Position numbers and translations under genes: made by a program
NCBI GenBank assembly: GCA_032718475.1
Contig: JAUCBJ010000005.1
Coordinates: 2,390 to 66,389, forward strand
Direction: 5' to 3'
Length of the DNA stretch: 64,000 nucleotides
Origin: Nemertoderma westbladi
Lineage: Eukaryota; Animalia; Xenacoelomorpha
The notes under the pieces: model-generated
Database searches by the model: none
What the model saw: only the letters and a program-made list of their open reading frames with translations
Told to the model about the DNA's origin: nothing
In this document: piece by piece, positions 26,782 through 39,149 of the stretch
Layout of the letters: each line of letters starts with the position of its first letter
Position numbering within the stretch: position 1 is the first letter of the stretch

Positions 26782-28266
26782 TAGGGCGGTGCGTTTTTTA
26801 TCTTTTTTCGATTTTATTGTTCTACCGGTGCACAAAAGTTGCCAAATGGTATAAAATTAAGGCAAAAAAAATTTATATAAATTTCATCGATATCTTGACG
26901 GATCCCAAGGGGGTTGAAATTTTGTGCCATCGCGATGCACCACAATGAAATTTATAAGAAAATAATAAATTTAAATTATATATATACATTTAAAATATAA
27001 CACTTTGATGAAAGATCAATGACGCAAGAAAGAACTTCCTTCATGCATCAAATGTCATCAAATGGGTCCAAACCTAGTTTGATACCAAAATTTTAAATTT
27101 TGGATCAAGGGAACTAGTGCCACAGGCACATGGCCAGAACCTACCCTTTGGCGCAGGTGACGATCATTCTCAATTTTTACGATGGCCAACTTTTATTACA
27201 CCTACGGCATTAATAGTAGGCTCATTAGAACCATAATGACCGATTTAGTGGGGGTAGACGCCTTCAAAACAAACGTAGAGCGAATAGTTTTTGAGATATC
27301 GCAGAAAATGTGAAGTCCGGCACAAATCTAAATTACCGCCTTGAAGCGATATGGGCAAATACACTAACAATGATACTTTGAATTATCTTAAGGCATCAAA
27401 AAATATACACATCACTGCAACAAATTGATTTAGTGTATACAGACACCTATAGTTATAGATAGACATGTATATTGTATATAGATATGTATAGACACCTATA
27501 GTTCACTATAGTTTTTTGTACGAAATTTGTGGAATGGGTCAACTCCATCTCAATATCAAGTATCAATAAATTGGTGAACATAGTCTTGACATTTTGTAAA
27601 ATAGCCCAAGAACTACTGACTCTACTCTTATTTTGAAGGTGTCTACACCCACTACAATGATCATTTTATGTGATGTGTCTATTCTTGATTCCTTGAGATA
27701 ATTCAAAGTATCATTTTTAGTATATTTGTCCATATTGCATCAAGGCGCTAATGTTGACTTGTGCCGGACTTCACATTTTCTGCGATATCTCAAGAACTAT
27801 TCGCTCTATGCTTGTATTGATGGTGTCTACCCCCACTAAATCGGTCATTGCGGTTCTAATGAGCATATTATTAAAGCAGTAGGCGAACTAAAAGTTGGCC
27901 ATCGCGAAAATTGAGAATAATCGTCACTTGCGCCAAGGGGTAGGTTCTGGCCATGTGCCTGCGGCACTAGTTCCCTTGATCCAAAAATCAAAATTTTGGT
28001 TTCTAACTAAGTTTGGACCCATTTGATGATATTTGATACATGCAGGAAGTTATTTCTTGAGTCATTGATCTTTCATCAATGTGTTATATAGTTTTAAATT
28101 TCATTATGGTGCATCGCGATGGCTCAAAATTTCAACCCCCTTGGGATCCGTGAAGATATAGACTAAATTTATAGAAATTTTTTTGCCTTAATTTTTTACC
28201 ATTTGGCAACTTTTGTGCACCGGTAGAATAATGAAATCGAAAAAAAGTACAAAACGCACCGCCCTA
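26782..28266. mobile_element. Non-autonomous hAT-type foldback element with ~600-bp inverted arms
   Basis: Termini TAGGGCGGTGCGTTT / AAACGCACCGCCCTA; exact 8-bp TSD ttccacag at 26774-26781 and 28267-28274. Confidence 0.92.
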
Positions 28267-28511
28267 TTCCACAGTAGAACCTTTCACTCTGTTTCCCAAG
28301 TTACCTTGGTAAACAGTGGTAAATGTCTTGGTAAATATTATATAAATATTAAATTTTTACTCGCAAATCGAATCTCGATTATTAATTACGGGTAATGAAG
28401 AAATAAGATGGAGAGTTTTAAAGCTCAACCAAATAATAATTAATATTCTAGAAAAAAAAGACAAAAATTTTAAGACAAAAAAATCAGTATTATAGCGATT
28501 TACAGTCTCCT

Positions 28512-28717
28512 CAACACTATAATCCACAGCACATGGTCTGTACAATGGCTATCATCAATGGAGATAAATAAAATATATCAGCAACACTATAATCCACAGC
28601 ACATGGTGTGTACAATGGCTATCATCAATGGAGATAAATAAAATATATCAGCAACACTATAATCCACAGCACATGGTCTGTACAATGGCTATCATCAATG
28701 GAGATAAATAAAATATA
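28512..28717. repeat. 70-bp tandem repeat, 3 copies
   Basis: caacactataatccacagcacatgg.. starts at 28512, 28582 and 28652. Confidence 0.92.
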
Positions 28718-29505
28718 CTTTTTCTAGAATTTTAATGTTACTAAGTTAGTTATTCGTTAGCAGCGTATGGCTATGGCTGCAACGCTTCAATACGGTTATT
28801 TGCTGTGTAACGAGGATATCACCATAACACTCATTAAGTTCACAAAATGTAACAAATTATATATTTTCCTTAAAATATTCCCTTTCATGTCCGCAAAAGT
28901 GCGGACAATAAAGTAATCCAATCAATCTTCTTAAAATGCGGATAATAAAATATTTATCCAATCAACGATCTAGAAGTTTATTCTGTTGATTTCTCATTAT
29001 TTATTCTAGAACAGTAATTAATTACGTCGGTAATTATTAATAAATTTAGCATTAAAATGTTTAGTTGTCGTATCTTTTGATCCAGTAGCTATATACATTA
29101 ATCAAATTTTTGGTTTAAAAGCTGATTAAAAGTCTGACAGAAAATGTAACTTTCTTTTTATAAAAATTAAATATTATGCAAATAAATATTCTATATATTA
29201 TAAGATTATTTTCACAATACTCGAGATATTATATTTACCGAGCGTAGCGAGCTTAATTACAAATTATAATTATAAATTACATTTTAAGAATTTAATAGCT
29301 GTTTAATAATATATTTAATAGTGAAAATAATGTAAAAGAAGTTAAAATAAGGAAGGAGTTAATAAAATGTTCTATATCAAAATAAAAATTTATTAGAGTT
29401 TATATTCTAGAACGGTAGATAACAGTAAAACATTTACCATATATAAAAACTGTTTAGTAGCCGTGTGGGAATTATAAATACAATTAAATTATTCATTCCG
29501 AGAGA

Positions 29506-30999
29506 ATGTCGTCCAAAGGAAGAAAAACAAAAAGCAATCGTAAATCGTACGACGTTGATGGGTTGTTACAGAAACGCTGCAATGTATTCCTAAGACGATC
29601 TCAATTAAACATCCACAGATTAGGGTCGCGAAAAGAAACAGTGACCCTCGATAAACTACCTAAACTACAAGATGTTACTGACAACGACATTCAGAATGTA
29701 TTGCAGGAGAAATTGAAACAACTTTGCGTCATTCTCGATTTCTCTGAAACCAATGAAGAAGTCGCTGCAAAGGATATTAAGCATGATTGTCTGGAAGATA
29801 TCATAGAATATATTAAGGAGAGTGGTCTAAAGAAGATAAACAGCTCAATAGCTTACTCTCTAATGTTTAAAATGTTTGAGGCCAACATATTTGGAGATAG
29901 AGACAGTGTCTCTTCTATAAGTATAACAAAAGTAGAAGTGTTTGATACCGAAGATACTTCAGATGACGCCGAAGCCAGTATTATTGAGCCGGGGTGGCCT
30001 CACATACGTCTCGTTTACTGGCTGTTCTTTGAGTTCGCAAGAAGTCCGGACTTTGACGTGGAATTAGCTGAACCTTTAGTCGGGAAGTCTTTCATTAGCA
30101 AAATCGTTGAGAAACTCCAAAGTGAGATACAAAGGGAAAGAGATTACTCTAAGTTAATAATCCATCAATTATATTCTAAGATAGTAGCTATTCGTGTTGC
30201 CTTTCGTGCGGAGATCCGCAATGCTTTATTAACTTGTGTCTATGAGAGTGATAAATTAACATTCGGCCAGACTGTATTACTGAAACCTTCGCCCCCTGTA
30301 TATCGAGTACAAGAGATCTTAGAGTTATCTATGAGCATCGCAGAAGGATATAAAGTTCCATTAAACGTGGAACACATAGAATTCTTTAAGAAAGTTGTAC
30401 TACCGTTGCACTCACTGTACGACACCGGTCACTGGTTCCATTTAACCCATTGCATAATTACTTTCTTGAAAAAAGACTTAAGTTTAATTGAAACTGTAAT
30501 TTTTGCGATATTAAAATATTGGCCGAAATTGAAACACGAAAAAGAACAACAATGCTTGTCAGAGTTGTACGATATTCTAGAATACGGATTGGAGCAGGCA
30601 CCCGAGAGTGTTAGCAGCGTGATTGTGCCGGTGTTTAAGCAGGTCGCCCGCTCGGTGCTCAGTCCCCACTCCCAGGTGGCGGAGTCCGCACTGAGTTGCT
30701 GGAAGTCCCAGTTGATTAGCACGCTGACGGCGGAGAGGATGGAGGATGTGTTACCGGTGGTGCTCAGCGCACTGCATCGCGCTTCCAAGGAGAACTGGAA
30801 CAAGAAAGACGTCTGCACTCAAGCTTTCGATGTTCTCAAGTTCTTTAGGGAAACAGATGAGGAGTTGTTCGATAATTTGGCGAATAAATTGAAAGTTGAA
30901 AAGCAAGGAGAGGCAAAGAGACAGTGGGAAAGAGACGAGGCATGGAAGAGGGTGGAAGCCATGGCAACTGAGATAGGTTGCGTTGCTCCTACAACTTAA
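29506..30999 (+). CDS. PPP2R5: PP2A regulatory subunit B56 (B'), intronless and divergent, nested antisense in a myosin V intron
   Basis: 497 aa with B56 motifs KLKQLCVILDF, EPGWPHIRLVY, RERDYSKLIIH, VVLPLH, LKYWPK, SPHSQVAESAL. TATA-like TATATAAAA near 29440. Confidence 0.9.
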   Translation: MSSKGRKTKSNRKSYDVDGLLQKRCNVFLRRSQLNIHRLGSRKETVTLDKLPKLQDVTDNDIQNVLQEKLKQLCVILDFSETNEEVAAKDIKHDCLEDIIEYIKESGLKKINSSIAYSLMFKMFEANIFGDRDSVSSISITKVEVFDTEDTSDDAEASIIEPGWPHIRLVYWLFFEFARSPDFDVELAEPLVGKSFISKIVEKLQSEIQRERDYSKLIIHQLYSKIVAIRVAFRAEIRNALLTCVYESDKLTFGQTVLLKPSPPVYRVQEILELSMSIAEGYKVPLNVEHIEFFKKVVLPLHSLYDTGHWFHLTHCIITFLKKDLSLIETVIFAILKYWPKLKHEKEQQCLSELYDILEYGLEQAPESVSSVIVPVFKQVARSVLSPHSQVAESALSCWKSQLISTLTAERMEDVLPVVLSALHRASKENWNKKDVCTQAFDVLKFFRETDEELFDNLANKLKVEKQGEAKRQWERDEAWKRVEAMATEIGCVAPTT

Positions 31000-31377
31000 T
31001 TATCGTGATTGGCGGTTACTAACGTTACATCACACAAATAATCAACATTATTCATTCATACGCCAATTACATAGAGATAAATATGAATATTTGTTTGAAA
31101 AATAACTATTTTTACATTGGAATGTAAAACAAATATCATCTCAATAACATTTCACTATAGTAGTATAATTAAATATAATCACTCATCATCAGGGATGGAT
31201 TATGGATTATCTGGGTCCACCCAGGCAGCCCCCAAATTTCGGGCCCCTTCCCTGGGCAAAAAAGTTACGTTTCGGCAAAGAGTTGCGTTTCCTCAAAATA
31301 TAAAAATAAATTCCTATAGATGTGTTAGATCCGGGTTGAATTCAATAATTAAAATTGGAGTGGTCTTTATGATAATT

Positions 31378-34300
31378 CGATGGCACAATGACGAACAGTC
31401 GTATTCATGTTTTGATGATTTTGAGTAAATGGCGTTTGAAAATTTTTAGTTTTTAAATTATGCATAACTTGCAATCAACTTTATAAAACCGCTTCATATT
31501 TCATTGTAACAACAATTTTGATGATGGCTTTCAGAAAAAAATGATTTTTTTTATTTAAATAGTTTGACGTCATGTAATGACGCCATATTTGAAATACGCC
31601 GTTTCGTCAAAAAAATATCAAGGGCTTTTGCCAAAATAAGTCAAGTAGTATATTTTTACATATAGCATAAGCCCGGTTCACAATGGAGCAATAAGGTCCT
31701 CCATTGTAATTCTGAATATAATTAATTATAGTTTTGCTAAAATTAGAAACGATTATTTGTTCTTATGTGTATTACTGGGTCTAAGGCCTTTAATCCTTCC
31801 TTAAAACTTGTTTCTTCATTGTGAACAACTACTGTACCAATTTATTATTCCCTATTGCTCCATTTCCTTCAAGCTTTTTAGAGTTTAAAGAGTTTAGTTC
31901 TCGTCGTGTCCTTGGTACAAGATGTAACTGCGCCCATCGCAACACCAAGGAAATTAAAGACTGTAGGTTAGTTAATGAGGAAGTTCGCAAGAATCTTATG
32001 GAATCGTTTTATGATCTTGGCAGTTTAGAGGAGCAGCGTAAATATATATTGCGCCATGTTAGACGATGTCAATACCATTGTCCAGTTGTTAAAAGAAAGA
32101 TCAACAATAAAATTTATTACCTATACAACAGCAGAGATCGATGAAGCTCAATCTTTACTAACACCTGTCCCACAACCGATCCCAGGTATTGGTAAGGCAC
32201 ATGAGTTGCTTTTCTTAGATGGAGTATTATACATGAAGCAATTGTCTTGTCTTCCACCACGCGACCTATTATGTACGAAGCATTCAAGTGCAGTGAAAGA
32301 CTTCGCGATTTTAGATTTTACAGGGTTTGATATGTCTGATGCTGAACTTTACCCCTCAATTGATTCTCTCCAATTTTTGCCCGAATGAAAACTTTATATA
32401 ATTTCAAAGTTTATTGAATTTCGAATTCACTCTGTCCGAACTAATTTTGTTTCTAGGCTATTGTAGCAGCTTACGAATAGTTTGGAATTGTCTGGTTTTG
32501 GTTTCTTTTCTGTGGTCGATTATATGAATTTTTAAAAATAATACACAATTTTGACAAAACTTATCTTTCTCGGAAAACTTACTAAAAAGTTATGTATGGA
32601 AAATTAACTAAATACATACGTACATGACTATTATATTGTTACAATGTGGGGACATCGCATTACACGATAGGCCTACCAATAGAGATATATGAATATATTG
32701 TTACAGGGCTGGGACATCGCATTACAGGGACAATTTACAGCCTAAAAATTCGTATTACATGGAGGGACAAACCATTACAGGCGGGACACATACTTTACCT
32801 TGATTATTTCTTTAAGATTTTATCTAACATCTCGGAGATTGTCACCATTGAATTCTCCTTAAAAAATGCTTTCAGAATATATATAGTTTTGTATGGTTTC
32901 AATGGAAATGAAATTTCAGGAATATTTCAGTTCTATTTGGCCACTTTCGGTGAGAATCACCCTACATCACTTTGTGAACCAAAGGGGAAAAAGAAACAAA
33001 CTCTTAATTACACACTATTTAAAGATGGTGAATACGTTTCTGTTTGCAAACAACTTTTTCTCAAAACTTTTAATATAAGCGAGAAATTTGTTTATACAAC
33101 CATCAAGAAGCTGTCTGCAGATGGTGTCTTGGAAGGAGAGAAACGAGGTGGTCGAGTAGCATCTCTAAAAGTGAAAGATGAGTTTCTTGAAACAAGAACA
33201 AGTGAGCATATTGATAGATTTCCAAAGGTCGATGCACATTATACCAGGAAAGATTCCAAGAAGAATTATTTATCGGAGGATCTTTCTGTTCCAAAGATGT
33301 TCAGAATGTATAAAGCTGAAGAAAAGAGAGCAGGAAATCCTGCTGCTTCCTTTAGTAAATATTATAACGTCTTTCAATCGAAAAACCTAGCTATCCATCA
33401 CCCAAAGAAAAATTTGTGTGGTCTTTGCGAAACGCACCGTAGTGCTGTAAAGACCCAAAATATTGTTGGTGGTGAGATTAATGCTGAGCTGAAAGAAGAG
33501 TACGAGCAGCACACTAGTGAAAAGTTGAAATATAGAGAGATAAAAGAGGATTTAACAAAAAGAGCAAAAGCTGATGAATGTAACCAAATCGCCGCAGCTT
33601 CATTTGACCTTGAGCAGGTCATTTACCTTCCAAAATCCAACAGGGCGGAAATCTTTTATAAGAGACGTTTAGCAAATTATAATTTTACAATATATAATCT
33701 GGCTTCAAAAGAGGTACATTGCTATTTGTGGCATGAAGCAGTCGCTCAGCGGGGATCGAATGAAATCTCATCATTTCTTAATAAGTGGCTTCATTTCCAA
33801 GATGGTCGGGGAGTGACAGACATTAAACTGTTTGCAGATGGATGCAGCGGCCAGAATAAGAACTCGATTTTGCCTGCTATGTTTCGTGAATTCCTAGGGA
33901 ATTCGAAGAAAGCAGAGAGTGTTCATCTAATTATATATGTGCCAAATCATGGTCAATGTGAAGGGGACTCAGTCCATGCTTGTGTGGAGAGGGCCATGAA
34001 GCGCTGCGGGGATATTATGCTTCCATCACAGCTTATACCTGTAATTAAGTTGAGTAGAAATATACCGTATAATGTAATAGAAGTTACTAGTGATGATATA
34101 AACGATTTCAAGGAGTATTCCAGATCTCTTGGAATCTTAAAGACCAGAGAGAGTGACAATGGGGTGAATGTCAATTGGCCTTCAATGTGCCAAATATTGG
34201 TTAAAAAGGTAGACCCAGAGAAAATTTACTTCAAGAATATGCATCAACAACCGGAATTTGATGCCATTACTCTTCCCAAAATTCGAGAAAAAAAATATAT

Positions 34301-35425
34301 TTCAGCTATAGCTAAAGCATATTCTTCAGCTCCACGATTGGCTACAGGAAAGTATGATGACCTCGTTTCGCTCTGTACTGGTAATACACCAGTGATACCC
34401 GCCGTGTATTCGCAATTTTATCTTTCCCTTCCACATCAGTAATTCAACAAACATATTGGAAAACTTAACAACAAGTACTCATACTAATCTTATGAATTAA
34501 CTCAATACTCATTGAAGGAAAAGTAATTAAATAATATTGTTCTCTATAATTCTTAAAATATTTTACATTCAGAAGAAAACAATTCATTGTTTTCCATTTA
34601 TACGGGGGGCGGGGGGGGGGGGGGGGGGGGGGTGGTCGAGGGCGAATCAATAATGTCAATTTTCAATTTAGGGAAAGGAACAGGTTCCTGTGACCGGTTA
34701 TTCTAACCAACACAACAATAATCGAAAGAGAAGTTACAGTTTCATTTTTGCTTCTAATAAGCTGTTATTTCCATCGATTTTCCCCGGGAGAGTTAAATGT
34801 TGATCTTCTGGGGGGATAAATAAAAGTGTTGTATTATGAGAGTATTTAACATTGGAAGTAAGTGTGGCATCATCTCTGCCTTATATTAACACCCAAGAGA
34901 GCGAGAGTGGAGCCTTTGGATTGCCTTTGGTGTTTTGTGTTTCACGTCCAACAATAACTTTATTACTTTACAATATGAGCAGTGTTGTACCCACCCACTT
35001 GCATAAAAATAAATGTATCATAAATTTTCTGTCAAGTTCAACTCTACTGTCATTGTTTTGGGCAAATTAGTTAATATTGCATATTGAAATATGAATAAAA
35101 CATCAATATAACAATATTAGTAAGGTTTCTTACATTTTAGTTTATATTTTTATAAACATTAATAGGTCGTATTACAAGATAATCATTGACTAACTTTTTG
35201 ACGAACAGACGTTTTGGAAAATTTTTCTTATACGACCTTTCGTCAAATTAAAATTGTTTAGAAATACGATATAAGGCCGTTTGCTTTTTACTGTACAGTG
35301 TTTAATACTGAAGATATGAATACGACCTTTTGTCAAAACATAGTTCCACCTTTTATGAACTCAAATACCCAATAAAGTCAAAATCGCAAAAATTGCCAAT
35401 ACGACTGTTCGTCATGGTGCCATCG
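31378..35425 (+). mobile_element. Sola1 DNA transposon (~4.05 kb) with nested insertions
   Basis: 28-bp TIR CGATGGCAC(A/C)ATGACGAACAGTCGTATT with one mismatch; 4-bp AATT TSD (31374-31377, 35426-35429), the AWWT type typical of Sola1. Confidence 0.85.
32931..34442 (+). CDS. Sola1-type DDD transposase, main open part (N-terminal part at ~31880-32070)
   Basis: VCKQLFLKTFNIS, HYTRKDS, SFDLEQV..FYKRRL.YNFTIY, WHE..RGSNEI, ADGCSGQNKN, GDSVH. The first ~95 codons of the 32646 ORF come from an insertion. Confidence 0.8.
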   Translation, partial: FYLATFGENHPTSLCEPKGKKKQTLNYTLFKDGEYVSVCKQLFLKTFNISEKFVYTTIKKLSADGVLEGEKRGGRVASLKVKDEFLETRTSEHIDRFPKVDAHYTRKDSKKNYLSEDLSVPKMFRMYKAEEKRAGNPAASFSKYYNVFQSKNLAIHHPKKNLCGLCETHRSAVKTQNIVGGEINAELKEEYEQHTSEKLKYREIKEDLTKRAKADECNQIAAASFDLEQVIYLPKSNRAEIFYKRRLANYNFTIYNLASKEVHCYLWHEAVAQRGSNEISSFLNKWLHFQDGRGVTDIKLFADGCSGQNKNSILPAMFREFLGNSKKAESVHLIIYVPNHGQCEGDSVHACVERAMKRCGDIMLPSQLIPVIKLSRNIPYNVIEVTSDDINDFKEYSRSLGILKTRESDNGVNVNWPSMCQILVKKVDPEKIYFKNMHQQPEFDAITLPKIREKKYISAIAKAYSSAPRLATGKYDDLVSLCTGNTPVIPAVYSQFYLSLPHQ

Positions 35426-35960
35426 AATTATTATGCAAGGTATTAATAAGTACACAGTACTAATATTATTTTATTTATTTGTGTGGAATTAATTTCGCAC
35501 TACCAAATCGTCAGGGCGACATACTTTCTAACTTTACATCGCAGTGCGACATTATTTCTCATGTATCTACGCCATACATTTTACTATAAGTATATCCAAT
35601 ATATCCAGTATGTAACTGCGTGATTATTAGGTTGTTCAAGAAAGTTTAAGTGCATAACTACAAATAATTCCCAACAAATAACAGAATTATATATAGATTC
35701 GCCATTGTTAATAATTATCATTTTTTTTGTTGGGTACAGCTTTGCAAAGTCGGCAATAACGTCTAGGTGAATCAAACTGGAAACTGGTGACCTCCGGGTT
35801 GGAAGTCTGACGCTGTAACCATTCAGCTAGCGGCTCAGGTAAAAGATAGACCTGGAAATACTGAAATGCCTATCTTTTTTTGCCGAAACGCAACTTTTTT
35901 TGCCGAAACGCAACTTTTTTGCCGAAACGCGACGACACCGACAAGACTACTTTCTTTATA

Positions 35961-36609
35961 CACCATGTCCCGTAATATAGTGTCATTTTCCGATGACACG
36001 GACCCCCCCCCCCCCAATATTTTCTACAAATCTTTATCATATTGTTTGAAATTTGAAACACCACTAGTTCCACTCACCGTGGTTGTTACCATGAAGACGG
36101 AATTTTCGATTTCGTCTTTAAATTTTATTTATAAGCGTTTCAAAAAAGTGTCTTTTGCGAAATCGCACCCTCCGTATAATTGCCATTCTTCACATTAGTC
36201 ATAATTGTTTCATATCAATAGAAAGCTTGCGTTGCAAGGATTACAAATATGTAACAATGTCTGAATTTCGTTGAGAAACAGCTGATAAATAGGGGTTTAA
36301 AGATTGCAAGAATTATCCTTCGCTGAAGGCAATTTATTCTATTTAATAAATAAACGATGTTCAGGAACATTTTGTTTAAGTATGAATAGCTACGCAATAG
36401 ATATAGTGGATAGGATTACCGCTGTTGCCAACCAACTCATAAAATAAATAACACGTTCTAGAATATTGTGTATTTATTGAATAGAATAAATGGCCTTCAG
36501 CGAACGATGATTCTTGCGTGTAATTCCCGTGTCATCAATAATTTAAGTTAAGTTAAGTTCAATAATTCCCGTGTCATCAGAAAATGACACTATATTACGG
36601 GTCATGGTG
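35961..36609. mobile_element. MITE with CACCATG termini (TA target, Tc1/mariner-like)
   Basis: ta|caccatgtcccgtaatatagtgtcattttc .. gaaaatgacactatattacgggtcatggtg. A longer copy is at 60103-60974. Confidence 0.8.
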
Positions 36610-37589
36610 AAATAGTCTTGGAAAATCTAGCTCCTGTAGCCAAACAAAAGGTTCATTAAAAATATGACATTTGATGCATATGAAGCCTAACAGGTAGCCT
36701 TGGAGGGATAACCGGGGATTTTTAAGGATAGTCTCTGTATTTTTTTATAGACTTGAATTTTGATTTCCAAGGAACAGCTTGTCTCTATATTTCGCGTAGT
36801 TGTAATCAACTTTATCCCAATTTCATACAGAAATTTCAAGATATAATTTCTTTATACAAAGATGTGGTTACAGAGGTTTATCAACACATATAATTTTCTT
36901 ACACTTTATACTTGGGTTTCCTGTCGCTATAAAATCTATGCAAATGTACTGTAAGTAGTTTTATTGAACTGTAAATTATATGAGGATCACATAGATAGGT
37001 ATGTAATAGATCTTGGCTGGATATGGATGGATAGAAACTTGGTTTGAATTATTGAAGATCTTGAAAAACTTTCCAGCACATTTTTGAAAAAATATTTGTT
37101 AAAATATTAAATTCCGAATTTGAATTAATTTAATTAGTTAAAATTAAATAATTGAATTAAAAATTGATAATTTCAAAAAACGGCTCGAGAGTTTGTTTTT
37201 AAAAAAATCTCCCGAAGGGGTACCCCCCCCCCCCCCCTCAATTATTATTACTTTTTTTTGGGGGGGGGGGGGGGGGGGGGTCGTGTTATTGAATTGCTAC
37301 ACATATTCCGGGATATGGTGTAATAGGTGTCATTTTATTCCTAAAACTACCTTTTTGCAGCTTCAAGAGGTAATTTTCATGAAATAAATTACGTGTAACA
37401 ACTACATAGTATTGCATTGTTTATTCTTGCTTGCTTGCCACAACTGGTTCATCCCATATTACATAAATACTTGTTCTACAATGAATATATCGCGACCATA
37501 GAGCTCAGAGCAATACACGACCAAAAATTATAGTTTCGATAAACATTTGCCTCAGTGTGGATCCAGTATCCTAATTGTTTGCACAGAGG

Positions 37590-37885
37590 TCTGTGGAGAT
37601 ACAAGAAATAGGCCTGATATTAAAATATGGGCAACGGCTATCAGAATAGAGAGACGGAACATGTATATTTGTTATTTTCCCGGTTATTTAACCCGCGTCC
37701 AGGAAACCCTGTCCAAGGCAGACGCCTCGTAAAAGACACTGGCCTTGAAGATGTGGATGATCTAGCAAATGTCATGGGTGCTGGGAGTTGTGGCGGCGCA
37801 ATTTTGTCGACAAGAAGGCACAGCATTCTTAATGTGATATGTATATAATGCAGCTGCAATGCAGCATGCCGATAGTAGTAGTAGC
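37590..37885 (+). mobile_element. 3' end of the same RTE-like family with (TAG)n tail
   Basis: KDTGLEDVDDLANVMG and tgcagcatgccgatagtagtagtag match 21545-21700 in reverse orientation. Confidence 0.8.
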
Positions 37886-37959
37886 TGCCCCTGCCACCCC
37901 CCCCCCCCCCCCCCCGCCCGCTGTCATTCCTCATATATTTACTCAATAAATTATCTCAC

Positions 37960-38684
37960 CTGACCGGCCCGGAAGAATATTTTAGTCAATCCGAACTGAT
38001 ATTTATCCTGATTCGGGATGAACTCCTGTACGACAGTTTCGCAGAGACTCCGCAATGTCTTACAGGAACGAACTCGCAAAGAATGGAGGAGCAACCGGTA
38101 GCGGGAGTTAAACTCGCCGTAGGTCCAACGGGATGGGAACCCGGCGGCGCTAATCCGTATCGTTTCTAGAACGCCGCACGCTCGGAGCTGCTGGATGGCG
38201 CGTCGAGGTTCGAACGAGAACGCGGCTTTATCGTCGTTCGGTTTAATACATCGAACATAATGCGGAGTCGTCGCGTTCAACGTCGTCATCAACTTCGATA
38301 GACTCTCGCAGAACTGCGCGCCGACTGTGGGTTTGTGTGACTTGGTTGTGCGCGGGGCGGGACGCATGGGGGTCACGCTCACCTTGTGCCGAGGGGCCGG
38401 CTCCCCGTGGAACAACCCCGCCACGAACTGGAAGTGACTCGCTCTCAGTATGTTAATGTGTTCGTCCAGCACCGTGTCGCGAGTTTTCTCCATGAATCCC
38501 CGGCACTCGTATTCGACTCGGTCCGCGAAGTGGCGCACCACGAAACAGTTCCGCGAGAGCCTCGGCGCCTCGAAGTCGGCGTGCGCCGCGAAAGCCTCCC
38601 GGAGTTTGGAGCACCAGTTCTCGTCGGAGCCTTTCGGGAGTTTACACTCCTCGTCAAGTCGCGGTAGAATACCGAGTCGTCCCT
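37960..38684 (-). CDS. MYO5: Myosin V, motor/converter exon
   Basis: EGRLGILPRLDEECKLPKGSD..HFADRVEY..HYVRCIKPND..QLRACGVLETIRISAAGFPSRW..TKIFFRAGQ. Acceptor ccacttag; donor CAG|GTGAG; phase matches the previous exon. Confidence 0.95.
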
Positions 38685-38855
38685 CTAAGTGGAAAAATAG
38701 AAATCGTTGATTAGGAGGTTGGATCTGTATTACTCAGCGCTGTAATGTAAGGGGGCGTTCTGTTCATAAAGTATGTCACGCAATATGGGGGAGGGGGGGT
38801 TCACATTAAGTATAATCCCTAACATTAGCACCCCCCCCCCCCCCCCACCCCATTC

Positions 38856-39100
38856 ACATCTCCTGTAGGTCGTGGATTCGATCCTCACATGGGCCAGGGC
38901 AGTTTTCGTTTCGGCTCGAATGCTTTAAAGGGACCAGCCAGGGCGCATCTCTGCCTTGCATCCTTAAGCGGTAGCTAAATGAGTACTGGAGTTTCCTCTG
39001 GGAAGTATAGTTCTGGGGGGACCGCACTGGAAATAAGTCGTCAGCGTATAATTCATAAGCAATTAATAAGTTCGTTCGCAATTAATAATACAATTAATAA
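38856..39100 (+). mobile_element. SINE fragment with B box and a Meta/Sauria-like central domain
   Basis: ggattcgatcc B box; gccttgcatccttaagcggtagctaaatgagtac resembles the GCCTTNCATCCT..GTAAAATGAGTACC core; AT-rich tail. Confidence 0.5.
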
Positions 39101-39149
39101 GTCGTGCGTAATCCCTGGCCTATCGGCTGAAGAAAATTTACTTTTTTAT

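Noticed and set aside
32646-32930. N-terminal 95 aa of the 598-aa transposase ORF
   Set aside because: Starts at GTG within inserted repetitive DNA; the real N-terminal motifs are at ~31880-32070.
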